From contig NMRA01000436.1 in assembly GCA_002633005.1 (NCBI GenBank), positions 208,127 through 272,126 on the forward strand: a stretch of DNA of 64,000 nucleotides, written 5' to 3'. Source of the DNA: Phoronis australis (taxonomy: Eukaryota > Animalia > Phoronida). Below, in pieces: positions 25,731-39,539 of the stretch. Each line of letters starts with the position of its first letter. The stretch's first letter is position 1. A program made the position numbers and the translations under genes. The notes under the pieces are model-generated. The model was not told where the DNA came from. It was given only the letters and a program-made list of their open reading frames with translations, and searched no databases.

Positions 25731-28554
25731 TAATCCAGGTACGTTCCGTCACAGCAATGATTGTAGGCCTTGAAAACTTCTTCGAAAGCCAACTTTTGCT
25801 GAAACGGTTCACATCACCGTTCAATTTCGATTTCGTTTAGTTAGTCAATTATCAAATCTATCCATGATGGTAATGCACCGATTAAAAGTTAAAACGTTCA
25901 AGCGAGAACTTAGCTGTTTCCATTCCATGAGAAAAAGTAAGTCAGCGACAACCAAAAACGACTGAATCAGACGGTAACCAATGAAGGACACAGACGGTTT
26001 CAAGCTGCAATGTTTAGCCCAAGCTTGCGGTCACAGCGTGCCGGAAGTGGTGATTTGTGTGATTTTTCGAACTATAAAGACACCCCGCTGCTTACCTAAT
26101 GAAACATGCCCTGTATGAACCTGCATTCAATCTACATGTAACAACATTGAACATGCAGGGCACCCACGCCTTGAGAAACTGGGCCACCCTTGGGTAATTT
26201 TCACACGCTTGCCCCCTCATTAAAACGTCACCTCCTTTCGTGTTTATTCATTTATGTTGTATTGCACGAGTGGTCTCCGGCATCACCTGTTTTGTCATCG
26301 TTTTTTGATTATTACAACCTACATGTATGGCTTTTAGATTTAGAGTAAACTGGATTTCTAATTTATTGGTTTGAGGTGCGTTGTTGAAAACAACTTGTAC
26401 TTGTACGTGCACCTTGTCGAGATTAATAACACTTGTGAATCTTCTTGCTTTTGAGTTTCAACCCCTCTCCAGACTGTGGATACATGTAGGTCGGCTGAGG
26501 TAGACATGATCAAACACGTGATCACTTAATCGGCCATTTATTTCAACTGCCTCGTGCTGGCGAACTAATTACAAAGCAAGCACTACCACAGTGTAGACAT
26601 TTGCATATGTGCATGTATGATCACGTGATCCTTGGGACTACGCAAGTCGTTAACAGCCTACTTCACAAAACGGGGACAAGGATGACGTGGGCACACGATA
26701 ACTACACAATAAATGGGATACTGTGTCCAATGACTTATGTGTCTTGCCAAACAAATACACCACCAAGAAGTAAGAGTGTTTTGAAATTTATAAACACGGA
26801 GAACGGGAAATAGGCTGCCATTAGAATATGATTTCTGAATTTCTGGATTTGACAATATAAGTAATATATTAAATAACACAACTATTAGATTGTTTGAAAA
26901 CTTGAAAAAGTCTGTCCATTATTTTTACCAGTTTAGCTAACAAAAACAAAATGCATTTCGCAACTCATCATACTGCATGTTTTTATTTTACGTTTTTAGA
27001 GGCAATTAACATAACACTAATCAACTGTGGTGTCCATTTTGTTGGTGCCCGCCAAAACAAGAAAAGACAAGGAATTCAGTATTTAATTCACGAAATTTTG
27101 AAAGAAGTTGGTCATACGCATTAAAAGACTAACGTTTAAGAATTACTGGTTGACGGTCAAATTTCTTTCGTGAAGTTTTTAACTCTAAATAAGCAAGAGG
27201 ACAGGTTAAAGTTATTGCAGCCGTTGATTACGTATCCCGAAAAAACGTGCAACGTTACTTAGTAAAGTGATTTTTTGCATAACATGAAAAAATAGTTCAC
27301 CAGAGAGTCGGCGTATTTGAGAGTTAACGACATAAATCAAAACTTCATGTTTTTACGTTTGGTATTGAGTTGCTGGTTCTGTTGAAAAGGTGTGCGCATG
27401 CCACAATTCCTTCAATACTTAGTGTAAGAGTATGCAGTCGAAATATACAGACTTCTAGCATGAAGCACCCGCGTGTCTGCAGTTGCACAGGCCTATTCTC
27501 ATGTTTTGCCTATAAAGCATCCGAATCGAAATTGACATTTTTAGGTAGGGTAGTCTTACAAACTTGCGTCTCGTACATTGTGTATGAGGTGCAGATTAAC
27601 GGTAAAAATTGCACAGTGGAATCGGGAAAATAATTTTATTTAGCTTATCTGGCAGAATATCTTTCATTTGAACAGGCAATGATGCGAATTGTCACACGAA
27701 ATGTATACATTTTTTGCTTCAATCTATTAGTTACAAAAGCATATGTGATTTGCTGTTATGACGTTTTAATTCAAGAAAGTGTCAATCATCAAGACCTCCA
27801 ATATTTTCCAACAATGTGAAAATATTCATTTTAACATCCCAGTTCTGGGCCTTAGAAATCCTTAATAGAATATGCAAGGCACACTTTTTACGTGTCGGTA
27901 ATTATACAAAAAGATGTTCAAGGTTCTTGCGAATAACTTCACCCCTGTACAAATGACGTAGATCTACCTGAACCATGGCGATCTTTACAAAAATATGGTC
28001 ACATGAAACCAAACGACCCGTCTGGATATCATTTTCACACGTAATAAACGTTACTGCAATTAACAAGTGTTGTGAATTATATAGATTCTTCCATTGGCTT
28101 ACAATTAATGATTAAACATATATTCAAGAAGTTTGATTCTTCGAAGCAAAGACTGACAATCAAGATAACACGTTTACATGTATCTAGTGGCCAGTATGCA
28201 GGTAACACAGTTATAACCAACAATACATGGAAGGTAATACATAACCATGAACTGTCTACATTTAACAAAATGAAAACAAATGTTGTCAATGAAAAATCGT
28301 TTGTTACAATGTATTTGGTTATGAAGTTGAATACATGTACACAAACAAAAACGCACGCACGCACGCAAGCACGCAAAGGCTGAATGTCCGCGGCCAGGGG
28401 ACGCAATTGGTACGAGGAAGGTCCTCACGGACAGATGAAGTTCGCTTACCAGTAGCTGAGGCTCACCCAACGCCGGTGTCGGGTGCAATTTTTTCCCCAT
28501 GTATGTCATTCGGTATCCGCATGGGTTTGAGTGTAAGTTCTGTAGGCGGTATGT

Positions 28555-28708
28555 TGGGGATGGGCGATTACCCGAGAGATGGATGCTCACGTGGAAATTA
28601 GCACAAAGTAAGGAATGGGCGATTATTCAAGCAGTGAAAACTGAAATTGACCAAAAATCGGGATGGGCGATTACATGGGCATGGGCATTAACCCAAGATT
28701 TTGCGGTA
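28555..28708. mobile_element. Probable end of a Tc1/mariner-type MITE with atgggcgatta subrepeats
   Basis: Four atgggc(g)atta motifs, ending ...gattttgcggTA. Confidence 0.4.
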
Positions 28709-29820
28709 ATTGAAATGGAACATCTGACTGTGATAATGAAGAGTCACGTAGTTTTGATTATGTGCTTTTGTTATACATGTGTTTTAAGGAGTTACACCAC
28801 CAAATTGTATGACCACTAAGGTATGTGTGAACATCTATTATTTGTATTTATGCATGTGAATTGTTTTTATAGGCTCTAGCTTCATCCATCATGCAGTCTG
28901 TCCTCAACGTCGTCAAAGCAAGAGTCAGCAGCATACGTCGTGTCCACGCAACATTGTCCATGTCATCTGCACACAGCAGGTACTTTATTGCAGCAGACTT
29001 CTTGGATTCAAATGCAAATATGTTTTCTATACTTACAAGTCGATTTAATGTCCAACAAAATACTGTAAACATTTTATGGCAGTTTGGTGTGTGTGTCTAG
29101 TAGTTATACTACACACATGCATAAATTTGTCACTGTCTTACCAACGTACTTGGAGTAAAAAATAACAAGTGAAGTACATTCTGACTATAACTGTCTTGTA
29201 CCTTTTACGGACAGCTTTGATGGTGCAATTTCCTTATTTGTGTGTGGATTTAGGAGTTACTGGTGCATACCTGAATAAGATAGATTTTAGATTTACAGTT
29301 TCTGATACGAAATTGATTGCTTGGTAACGCATTAAACCTCTGCATTCTGGGAAATTAGTGGGAGAAAAACAGTTTGTGAAATTGGCTGATTAGAATCGCT
29401 AAATGATGTCCTTGGGAGTCGTGATCTTGACCTCAAGCAACTTGAAGAAACTGACTGGAAGCGCATGAGTGCATTTATCATAGGTGTGACGGACATTAGA
29501 AACTCAGTGGTAACCACAGAGTTTTCCTTCACGTGCATCATTCAAAATCGTAACATTATCAGAAATTCATAACAATATATTATGCGGATTTCTTGATTTT
29601 TTGTGTACTGTTTAACTTCTGATTTTTTCGTTTCCAGCTGCGTTGCTGTTTGGACAAGTCTTCTTCAAGGTTATGACACACACGCTTCTGATGTTTTCAA
29701 ATGGGTACCTAAAATGCTAGTTCTTTGGCTCTTGTATATAATCAAGTAAGAAATCATAAGTTTATGGTCCCTAAATTTTCAATACACATTCTGAAAAATA
29801 TTTTATACAATTTCAGAGTT

Positions 29821-30660
29821 GTAGATTTTGAAAGCGGTTGCGTATTACAATATTTGGGACTTCAGTTGCGGCCTCAGTTATCCTAGCTTTTTGAGTCTCA
29901 CAGTTAACCAAGTTAAGGATTATGTGTTTTTGTCTTCAAGGCTTTCATTAGACATCATGAATGTCTTCTGTACCAAGTTTCGTAGATGGGCTCCAACAAT
30001 TGTTGATTTTGAAAGCAATTTTGGTTTGAATATGTAGTAAAATTTGTGAATTTCATTATTGGCCTCTAGTCATGTTAGCTTTTTGCTCCTGACAGTTAAC
30101 CAAGTTAAAGAGCATATATTTTTGTCTTCAAGGCTTTCATTAGACATGATGAATATGTACTGTGCCAACTTTCGCAGATGTGCTCCAAAAATGTAGATTT
30201 TGCAAGCGATTTTGGTTCGAATATGTAGTGAAATTTGTGCGAATTTCATTATTGCCCTAAGTCATGCTAGTTTTTTAGCTCTCAAAGGTAATCAAGTTAA
30301 GGAACATGTGGTTTTGCCTCCAAGACTTTCATTAGACATGATGAATATGTACTGTACCAACTTTATTAGATGAGCTCTAAAAATTGTAGATTTTGAAAGC
30401 GATTTTGGTTCGAATATGTAGTGAAATTTGTGCGAATTTCGTTATTGGCCTAAGTCATGCTAGTTTTTTTAGCTCTCAAAGGTAATCAAGTTAAGGAACA
30501 TGTGGTTTTGCCTCCAAGACTTTCATTAGACATGATGAATATGATTTTGAAAGCGATTTTGGTCTAAGTTTGTACAAAAATGTTTACGAATTCTAGCTGT
30601 GGCTCCATTTATGCTAGGTTTTTGGCTTTCATATTTTATCAAGTTATAGAACACCTGTTT
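29821..30660. repeat. ~190-bp tandem repeat, ~4.5 copies
   Basis: gattttgaaagcgattttgg...ctttcattagacatgatgaat recurs near 29821, 30002, 30193, 30387 and 30542. Confidence 0.9.
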
Positions 30661-32515
30661 TCTTGTAAAATATTTACTGACTTCTCAATAAATGAAAACT
30701 TGTCTGAGCATGTTTCACTGCTAACNTTTTCAGTTTGACGTTTTTGCGATTTTGCAAAAACGTTTAATTAAGAATAGAGTACTAAATTCCCAAATTTTGC
30801 TAAAGATACCAAGGCCTTCAATTTCTTTGGTTAAGAAATAATTTTCTTTGACATTTTTTAGTTTTTGCGAATTGTCAAGACACTTTTGATAGACCTACGA
30901 ATTGAAAACTGTTTGTTATATGGTTTGATATGCACCTTATTTCAATTCACGCAGGTAGTCGTTCGTCTTGTTCCCGCATGAAGTAATTAATTCCTACTAC
31001 ATATATATTTGCAAGTTCCTTGATATACAACACTATGGAATATAAGACTAAAATAGTCTTGTTTATCAAGGATTGATCTCAGGCTTCATTTTCGGAGCGC
31101 TCCACGCGCTCAGGGCGCATTCAAAAGATTTTTAATCTGCGAATTCAGTTTCCTTAGCAAGAAAGTGTAAATATTTTACTACAATTTTTTCCCATTGTAG
31201 CTGTGATGGTCCATTTTTCCCACGGCGTGTGATTTTGTAAATTGATCTTAGAGTTTTTAATATTTTTCCTAATTCTCGCTAATTATTTCGCTTGCTGGAG
31301 CTTTCCTAAACCAATTTTGAAAATTTCCCTTTTTCCGAATCTTATGAACTGAATTTCCTGGAAAAAAACAAGGTTTCTGAGTTCTGTGTTTTCGTTTAGT
31401 GTACATTTTTGTAAGACTTGTCTGAAAGATGCGTTCGATGATGTACGAACGCTATTTCACACAGGACACCTATTTTCTCCGGGATCATCGCCTTCGGTCA
31501 TACAGGTGGGCGTCGATTATTTTAACTTATAACGTACCACATCAAATGATAATGCATTACTGGGAATATACCCAACAGAGTATTTTTACCCATTCGAGTA
31601 TTTCTGACATATTCTTGATGGAAATTCAGTACAAGCGAAAAAAAACACTCAGATTGGAGTGACGACGAAGAGCGTCTTCACCGCGACGGGCCTAAGGTCG
31701 GGCGACGCCCAGGCCAGGAAATGAAATTCAGAAATATTTTAATCTTATGAATCAATTATAAGTATATAGTCTACACAATGTCACTTTTTTGAAAGAGCTT
31801 TTTACTAATTTGCCTTTCAACAGAGGACTCCCCGGTCCGGATGCACTCCACGGCAGTCAGGGGCACGATCCTACCTAGCTAACGGGATTCCTCCCCGCAA
31901 GTAGAGAGAAAGAGACAGAGAGAGCGAGACAGAGGGTGACAGGTTTACTAACATAAGTAATATTAGCTCATAATACAGTTTACAGAGTACAATAAAACAA
32001 ACAAAAGCATGATCACAACCCGCAAAGTATAGGCTATACTGTGCGCAAGCCTACTGACCGGCGACTGATTTGAAATAAATCTAATTACAATTCATTTACC
32101 AATGTCTAACATAACAATGGCAATTGACTAAAATCGTTACATTATCACACACGTAGTGAATTTCAATTTTTAGGCTTATTTTACAGCTGTGCTTTGCCGT
32201 CTTCGTTTGACAAGAAATTTCACGGGGGAAGGAATTTAATGCCTTAGACGTGAAATAACTTCCCCTCAATACCGCGCATGCGCAAAAGGGTCAGAGTGGG
32301 AAGAAATTTCACGGTGAAGAAATTTCACGCGACACCGGCTCCCGGGCAGATTTACATCGACACTAATGTAGTGGTGAAGCGAGGTCGGTGGGGACACTTA
32401 AGCGACCACGAGAGGGCGTTGGTCAAAAGTTATGAGTCTGATAACTGATGGCTGCAGGATTGCCTTCTGTATGCTCTGAGATAAGTAATGCTTCTACAAT
32501 CATGCTTTACTCTAA

Positions 32516-32589
32516 CATGTGCGGCGTAGCACTGAAAAAAGTGGGGGGTTATAGCCCCTCCCCCAGCCCCCTATGGTGCGCCGCCCATG
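32516..32589 (-). mobile_element. 70-bp MITE, copy 2
   Basis: Reverse complement of 19111-19180; flanked by tctaa/cctaa. Confidence 0.7.
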
Positions 32590-33193
32590 CCTAATTAATA
32601 TAAGAGATACAAAATATTTTTGTTGACACACGTGTGTTTAAGTTAAACGTGAACTCCATCATTCTGAGCGAGCATTAAAGATTCATATTCACACTTATGT
32701 TACCAGAGCCACTATAATTTACTGGCATTGTAGTTGATGAGTATAAGCCAGCTCAGCCTGTATATGTATAGACCCACATAAATTTATACGTGTGCTCGCT
32801 GACATTAAACGACTGTCCCCATATAAACACTCAAATCACAAATCACTTCTACTGATTAAAAATTTTCAGGAGTGCCTTCCGTGTCTTCCGTCAGGTGTCT
32901 TCTGCCGGGAATTGTTCTGTGTGCAATGGTTATCTCACCACGCCTGTCCAAGTTCATTAAGTCACATTCCCTACAAAGAGTTCACGCTCAAGTACACACG
33001 ATATTTTAGCCCAAATATGTTTGCGATTACATGTAAGTAAATGCAACTAGTTTATAGTTTGTTATCGTATATGCTGCTTAATATGCCAACTCGAAGTTTT
33101 AACTTCAATGGTGACGTCATTAAGTGCATACTAGGATAAGACAGTTATCCACGTAAGCCATTGAGGAAGATTCATCAAAATCTTTCCCAAGAA

Positions 33194-33362
33194 TCAAGCA
33201 TAACCCGAGATTATAAGCTTGCAAGCATAGAAACAAAGGGTGTGTATGTCCATACTTTTATGTATAACACCTTTCATAAACAGTATCAATTCCAATGCCC
33301 GGGGCCACGATGGATTTGGCCATTTTTTGAGATACGATGTTTCGAAGCCAATCTCTAAGGTC
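33194..33362 (-). CDS. Secreted beta-rich protein, putative exon 10 (terminal)
   Basis: ttacgcag acceptor. The phase-2 join gives W-TLEIGFETSYLKKWPNPSW...GYA*. Reading frame of the distal half is uncertain. Confidence 0.5.
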
Positions 33363-33534
33363 CTGCGTAACGTTTGACATGGATTTTAGAATATAAGCGT
33401 CTTGATACAAAAATTATGGTAATTTTCTTGTGAAATGAGCAGCACTTTCGGGTCAACAGTTCTATCAATTGCAATTACTGTGTCAAATCATTCAAACCAG
33501 TCATTGTCAAGACAATGTACATGTACGGACTCAC

Positions 33535-33666
33535 CACTGTCTCCCTAAAATATCTAATTTTAGATTCATAGGGTGCGTCTTGTAGCCGGCGTCAAGAGTG
33601 AAGTTAGCGAAGTACTGACCACTGCTTCCCCACCGAATCTTCTTAATTTCAAAGTCCGGTTTCAAC
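33535..33666 (-). CDS. Secreted beta-rich protein, exon 9
   Basis: Weak gaag acceptor and gtgagt donor, phase 2->2. Reads WLKPDFEIKKIRWGSSGQYFANFTLDAGYKTHPMNLKLDILGRQ. Confidence 0.7.
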
Positions 33667-34516
33667 CTTCACATAAAGTCAAAACTTTGCAATTAGAAGA
33701 ATGTGCTGTTCATAACAATGCAATTTTTTCAGCCATAAATGTATCATGTTGGTTTTTGGCCCTAACATGAGGATAAAATTGACAATCAAGGTTATATAAA
33801 ATTCCATCTTCATTACAAGTACTCGACGTTTCACAACTTCCACGGTCAGTGCTGTATCACCAACAAAATTATACACACATCATGCTAAGCATATGGCGGA
33901 AAATTAGAGACCTCGGGAATAGCTGGATGTCACAGGATGACGACATCCTATTGGGTTGGGGCTTGTGTTCTGAAAATTTGGAACTTACTATCTTTTGCAA
34001 ACAGACGGGATTGACAAACATTGATATCTAAAATTATAACATCCTCAAAATATACCACGAGACCAGTATCTCAAAACTACATGTATTGACAGAACTGTTT
34101 TTATCCTCAGAATATTCATTAAGTCTAAGTTTTAAAATCCGACAAGTCATGCCAAAATATGATGCGTTACAGTCAATACAGCTCAAACATTACACATTAG
34201 ATCGCTTTTGTGGCGGCGTTAGAACACAAACCCCAACTCAATGGAATGTTGTCCTCCTATGACATCCAGTTATTCTCTGCAATTTCCCCGCCATATGTTT
34301 TCCATGCTGTGTGTATTTATTCTCTTGATAATACAGTTCAGTGGAAGTTGCGAAACGTCTAGTACTTCTAATAAAGATGTCATTTTACATAACATTGATC
34401 GTCAATTTTATTCTAAATGTATTATCTCACTAGAAGATTTTGGTACATGTTTTCGTAAACAATTATATTTCTCGACTGGGATTTGCTGATAATTACATTG
34501 CTGAACTTTATTTAGT

Positions 34517-34621
34517 AATTCTGCGGTGGCAGCGTATGTCCAATTCTGCGGTGGCACCGTATGTCCAATTCTGCGGTGGCAGCGTATGACCAACTCTGCG
34601 GGGGCAGTGTATGACCAATTT
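34517..34621. repeat. 25-bp minisatellite, 4 copies
   Basis: Unit aattctgcggtggcagcgtatgtcc. Confidence 0.9.
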
Positions 34622-36447
34622 CCAGACTTAAAGTCCTTCTCTCAAACTGCCCATGTGGTTCCAGTATCCGAAAACACTTACAACATAAAATCTTATTTTC
34701 GACACCCTTTCTTTATATTCTTTTCGCCTTTCTTGCCAAAAGCGATTTTTTAATAGTATTTGACCCTTCTCTCTGAGCGTATGATTACCGGTTGCCATCG
34801 ATTATTTCCGTACCCACATTTCCGGCTCATCAGTTCAGGAACTTGTCCTGAACGCCGCCATTTTTTCCTTGTAACTGAAAGTGCTATCGCTTGCTCGAAA
34901 AGTCTTCATTATTTTGTTTTATTAGTAATATCTCGTGTTTTTTTGCATATGTACTGTATATATAGTTTGTAGTTAGTGGTCGTTGATTTTTTGGAATGTT
35001 ACGCGTATTTAGTATGTTAAAATAGCATTGGTGTTTAGTTCCTTACGTAGGCCGGTCGAACCTAGGAACCAATATGAGTCGAAAAAATTTGTTTCGGTTT
35101 TATTTTTTTTCTCGTTTTGAAAAAGTACTTTGCTATCATCGGAAAGGTAGTCCATTCTACTCAGTAAAAATCGAAAAAGTATCAAAATCGGGGCAAGCAG
35201 TGTAAAGTTATTGCAAGTTTTGTGGCAAAATTTGGGTCACTTTGTTTAGATCGCGTCGGCCATATTGGAGGACAGGGGGATAAGTTACGAGTTCAAAAAT
35301 TTGTGTAAATTGTTTTAGCCAACAAATTACGATGACATTTAGTTAGACATATCTTTACTTACTATTCTGCACGATTTAACAGTGTTCACCAAATTTCAGC
35401 CTCGCAGTTGTTACTCATTAAGTGATAAATGTGCTAACATTTCCCGTTGAACTTCGTCTCATTTCTGGCGGCACCGACAACAAGGCGACTTTTGCTGAAC
35501 TGAAAGGCATGTCCAATCGGCTACTTTGTAATTTGTGAAGATTTAACGTTGATACATTTTGACAAACGTTGCTACAAAAAAGAAACTTTGTTCCATTTTC
35601 GTGTTTTTGTGCAAAAATATAACATGTACTAACCAGCCCGTAATTTCATGCAAGTGTCTGAAACTACCCTTGAATATATGCAGCATTATGATTTGACCAT
35701 TTTACTTCGACAAAAAAGCTTGCAACCGCATGCGTTTACCGTTCGCCAGTGTCTGGTCTCGATCGGCTGCGGTCCCGAGTCTGGCAAAATAATTTCTGTC
35801 AAAGTTTATTCGCCACATTTCTTCAGCAAATTCGATAAAATTGTCCGTATTTTGATTTTATTAAAATTAAGGCGCGCTGTCGATTATTTTATCCACGTTT
35901 GCAGGCTGGTAACAGACACTCACACTGACGGCGTTTTCTTAGCCTGGGTTCCTGAATGAATTGTACTTCCGGGTTCGCGGCGGTGGTTCTTCGGGTGCGA
36001 ATCGTGAGTGGCGCGTTCATTTAAACTTTTTTTCGAGTACGGATCGTGTATTAGTTATGGGGTAGGTACTTCTTGGATCCTTATAACATCTTCTAACCAT
36101 GTAATAAGGGTTAACAACGCGTGAGAGAAGGACTTTAAGGATTAAGCCACCATTACTCATATCAAATCTGATTTCTAGAGAGGATAAGCGACATTTGGTA
36201 ACTGCTTAAAATCATTCTGAAAACATACATGTAGCTCGACATGGCTGGTCGTTTTAAAACTACCTGTCTTACACAACAAACAACAGCGTGCCGCACAGCC
36301 CAACTCTAGAAGTCACTACAAATGTTAGCAACGATCAAGCTGACATCTGTTTGATGCCGATACATCAGGTTCTTCTTGGTTTAGCTTATTTGGGCTGACA
36401 GTTCGTTTCAACACATTTGTTACTAATGATGTACCACAGAATCTTAC

Positions 36448-36536
36448 CAAAAATCAATGGGTGCCGCTAAAGCTACTTTGAACGCAGAGTAGTCTAACAC
36501 GCCAATGTCCAGTGAAAGTCCTGCTGTTACTTCAAG
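36448..36536 (-). CDS. Secreted beta-rich protein, exon 8
   Basis: ttatttgtag acceptor, gtaaga donor, phase 0->2. Reads LEVTAGLSLDIGVLDYSAFKVALAAPIDF. Confidence 0.8.
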
Positions 36537-37060
36537 CTACAAATAATATTTGCGGAATTATTTTCAGGTCACCATTTTAACAGTCCGGTGTTGATATACG
36601 AAATAACGCGAACTTAAAGTGAACACCTGTTGTCGCTCTAATTAGAGACGTCTCGCAGGACTTTACAACACAATCAACAAATTTACAGAAGCTACAGAAT
36701 TAGCAAAATAAGAAGTCGTACTAGTTCACAAATACTTAGACATTCAACTTGATCAATTCTTTTTGCAAGGCTTACATGGTGAAATTCACGTGCTGCTGAT
36801 CGAGACGAGTCCTTGCACAACTTGAATGGCAATGCATAGAATCTGCTGCTTTGCGTGTGTAAACTTGGTGTAATATTAGGCCCAAACTTAATCTAAATGT
36901 TTAATGCGGTTATAAACCCACCTTACGTCACAACAATACAGATTTTGATGCAGACCACTCATATTTAAGAAAATGTTCTCAAATTGTCTTTTAGACAAAT
37001 TTGAGGTAACTCCAGGGCTTTGAAAAACATCATACGGTAGTTAATCGTTGCTTGCAATAA

Positions 37061-37645
37061 GGCTCTTGCGGGTTGGTTTGTCACAGCGGCTCTTGCAGGT
37101 TGGTTTGTCACTGCGGCTCTTGCGAGTTGGTTTGACACTGCGGCTCTTGCGGGTTGGTTTGTCACCGCGGCTTTGCGGGTTGGTTTGTCACTGNNNNNNN
37201 NNNNNNNNNNNNNNNNNNNNNNNNNNNNNNNNNNNNNNNNNNNNNNNNNNNNNNNNNNNNNNNNNNNNNNNNNNNNNNNNNNNNNNNNNNNNNNNNNNNN
37301 NNNNNNNNNNNNNNNNNNNNNNNNNNNNNNNNNNNNNNNNNNNNNNNNNNNNNNNNNNNNNNNNNNNNNNNNNNNNNNNNNNNNNNNNNNNNNNNNNNNN
37401 NNNNNNNNNNNNNNNNNNNNNNNNNNNNNNNNNNNNNNNNNNNNNNNNNNNNNNNNNNNNNNNNNNNNNNNNNNNNNNNNNNNNNNNNNNNNNNNNGTTT
37501 GTCACTGCGGCTCTTGCGGGTTGTTTTGTCACAGCGGCTCTTGCGGGTTGGTTTGTCACAGCGGCTTTTGCAGATTGGTTTGTCACCGCGGCTTTTGCAG
37601 ATTGGTTTGCCACTGCGGCTCTTGCGGGTTGGTTTGTCACATCGG
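37061..37645. repeat. 27-bp minisatellite spanning an assembly gap (37194-37496), intronic
   Basis: Unit gcggctcttgcgggttggtttgtcact on both sides of the N run. Confidence 0.93.
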
Positions 37646-38022
37646 CTCGTTTTATTAGCCGAACATGTTCTCAAGACATTACAATTATCTAACAATCTGT
37701 CCGTTTGTGCAATCAAAAAATCAATTGTCATGTGATTAATGAACAAGTTGATACTAGTTTTATAACAGTGAGATGTCTCAGAAAAAAGTTCAGTTTTTGG
37801 AATGAACGAGGGTTTATTGTCGCTTTAAGTAAAACGTGAGAAATGAATGAATTTTACTTTAGACTTAACTGAGTTCCTTTCCAACACGTAAAGGTTTCAG
37901 TAATTAGTCTATTTTTAAAACATCAAACAATATACGCAATCACCTCGAAAACATGCCCTAAACTGTCTAAAACATACGTAATTAGGAATTATTTGTTAGG
38001 AAAATGAGTTGGGCTTTCTTAC

Positions 38023-38153
38023 CTGGGGGTAAAAACTTAGCTTTCCTGTGGTGTTGCAAGACTGGCAGTCTACCACAAGTGGATGCGGATTAAAGGGTGT
38101 GTAGACATGAGATACGTTGACATTTGTAGGCCAATCTGACTGTTTTTCAATTT
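38023..38153 (-). CDS. Secreted beta-rich protein, exon 7
   Basis: gttttcag acceptor, CAG|gtaaga donor, phase 1->0. Reads KIEKQSDWPTNVNVSHVYTPFNPHPLVVDCQSCNTTGKLSFYPQ. Confidence 0.8.
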
Positions 38154-38905
38154 CTGAAAACCGTAATCACACTGATACACAGACTCACACAAACAGTTAT
38201 TTCGTAAATGAACAGTAATCAAGAAACTGTAAACAAAGTTTGGACACCATTAGGATAAACTTGTGCTGTATATGAACTTTGAATATCTCCGGAGCAAGGT
38301 GTATCTATAAATGAAATGCACGATGTCGACAAACGACTACAACTGTACACGTCAGAACGTGCAAAGTTCACCAACGCTCTTCCGCAACCGCCGAACAGAA
38401 AAAGTTGCGGAAAAACGCATACATAATTTTGATCGTTCTTCCTGACATAAAATAATTTCACGCACTACACACGCTTTTTACTTTACGCCCAGGGCTCGGT
38501 GCCTAATCTCCCAACTCAAAATTATACATGACATTTTCTGTTCTTTATTATAACGAAGTCAAGTGTATTTTATGAGGAGAGAATTTGCATTTAGATTAGC
38601 CTGGCATCGAGCAACAAACTCGAAATTTTGAGTTCAAACTCGAAAATTCCAATCGAGACTCGAATCCTTAGCTTAAATGCTGGGGTCACCGCAATAAGCA
38701 CCAGAGTAGCATATTTACCAAAGTAAAATTTTAAAGTAATCGAACATAGAATAATAAGAACTTAACTCTTTCATTTGTGATAAGTCAAAACAGGACATGT
38801 CAAAAACAAGTTTGAGTTGCCCAATTTCGGGGATTAGACCCCGAGCCCATAAATTATAAGGTTAATTTCTATCCAAGTTGTCGGGTAGTAGTACGTGAGA
38901 GGACG

Positions 38906-39528
38906 TGGGAGTGCATTTGCGCACCCGAAGGGGAGGGGGTCGGGGAGGCTCGAATGAGCCCCCCCATTTGGCGAAATGGGTGAAAAGTTCCGCATAGGAG
39001 AAACAAGACAAAACTCCACTAAAAAGGCGCACACACACAGTTCGCAGACCTGAAGGTTGTATTCCGTCCCCGTTATTTTTTAGTCCTCCCGCTTTTTGTT
39101 AGAAAAAGGTCCACTTTTTCAGAGATTGTTGCCCCCCATATTAAAGGCTGGGTGCGCGGCTGGATTGACGTGTTTGGTTACTTGTAATAAAATGTTTTAC
39201 TGTTGAANTGGGAGTGCATTTGCGCACCCGAAGGGGAGGGGGTCGGGGAGGCTCGAATGAGCCCCCCCCATTTGGCGAAATGGGTAAAAAGTTCCGCATA
39301 GGAGAAACAAGAAGTCCGAGAAAACAAGACAAAACTCCACTAAAAAGGCGCAGACACACAGTTCGCAGACCTGAAGGTTGTATTCCGTCCCCGTTATTTT
39401 TTAGTCCTCCCGCTTTTTGTTAGAAAAAGGTCCACTTTTTCAGAGATTGTTGCCCCCCCATATTAAAGGCTGGGTGCGCGGCTGGATTGACGTGTTTGGT
39501 TACTTGTAATAAAATGTTTTACTGTTGA
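38906..39528. repeat. ~300-bp direct duplication separated by a single N (probable assembly/haplotype artefact)
   Basis: 38906-39207 is nearly identical to 39209-39528; the N is at 39208; the second copy has ~17 extra bp. Confidence 0.85.
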
Positions 39529-39539
39529 AAAAAGCTTAC

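Noticed and set aside
28848-29072. KYLLCADD resembling the RT YADD motif
   Set aside because: Flanking RT motifs not recoverable; at best a very old fragment.
29390-29572. LEETDWKRM segment resembling a hAT transposase helix
   Set aside because: Too short and unsupported by other hAT motifs or TIRs.
36965-37746. Long ORFs with AAVTNQPAR repeats
   Set aside because: Produced by a 27-bp minisatellite plus an N-gap; open in several frames; lies in an intron and is not needed for phase continuity.
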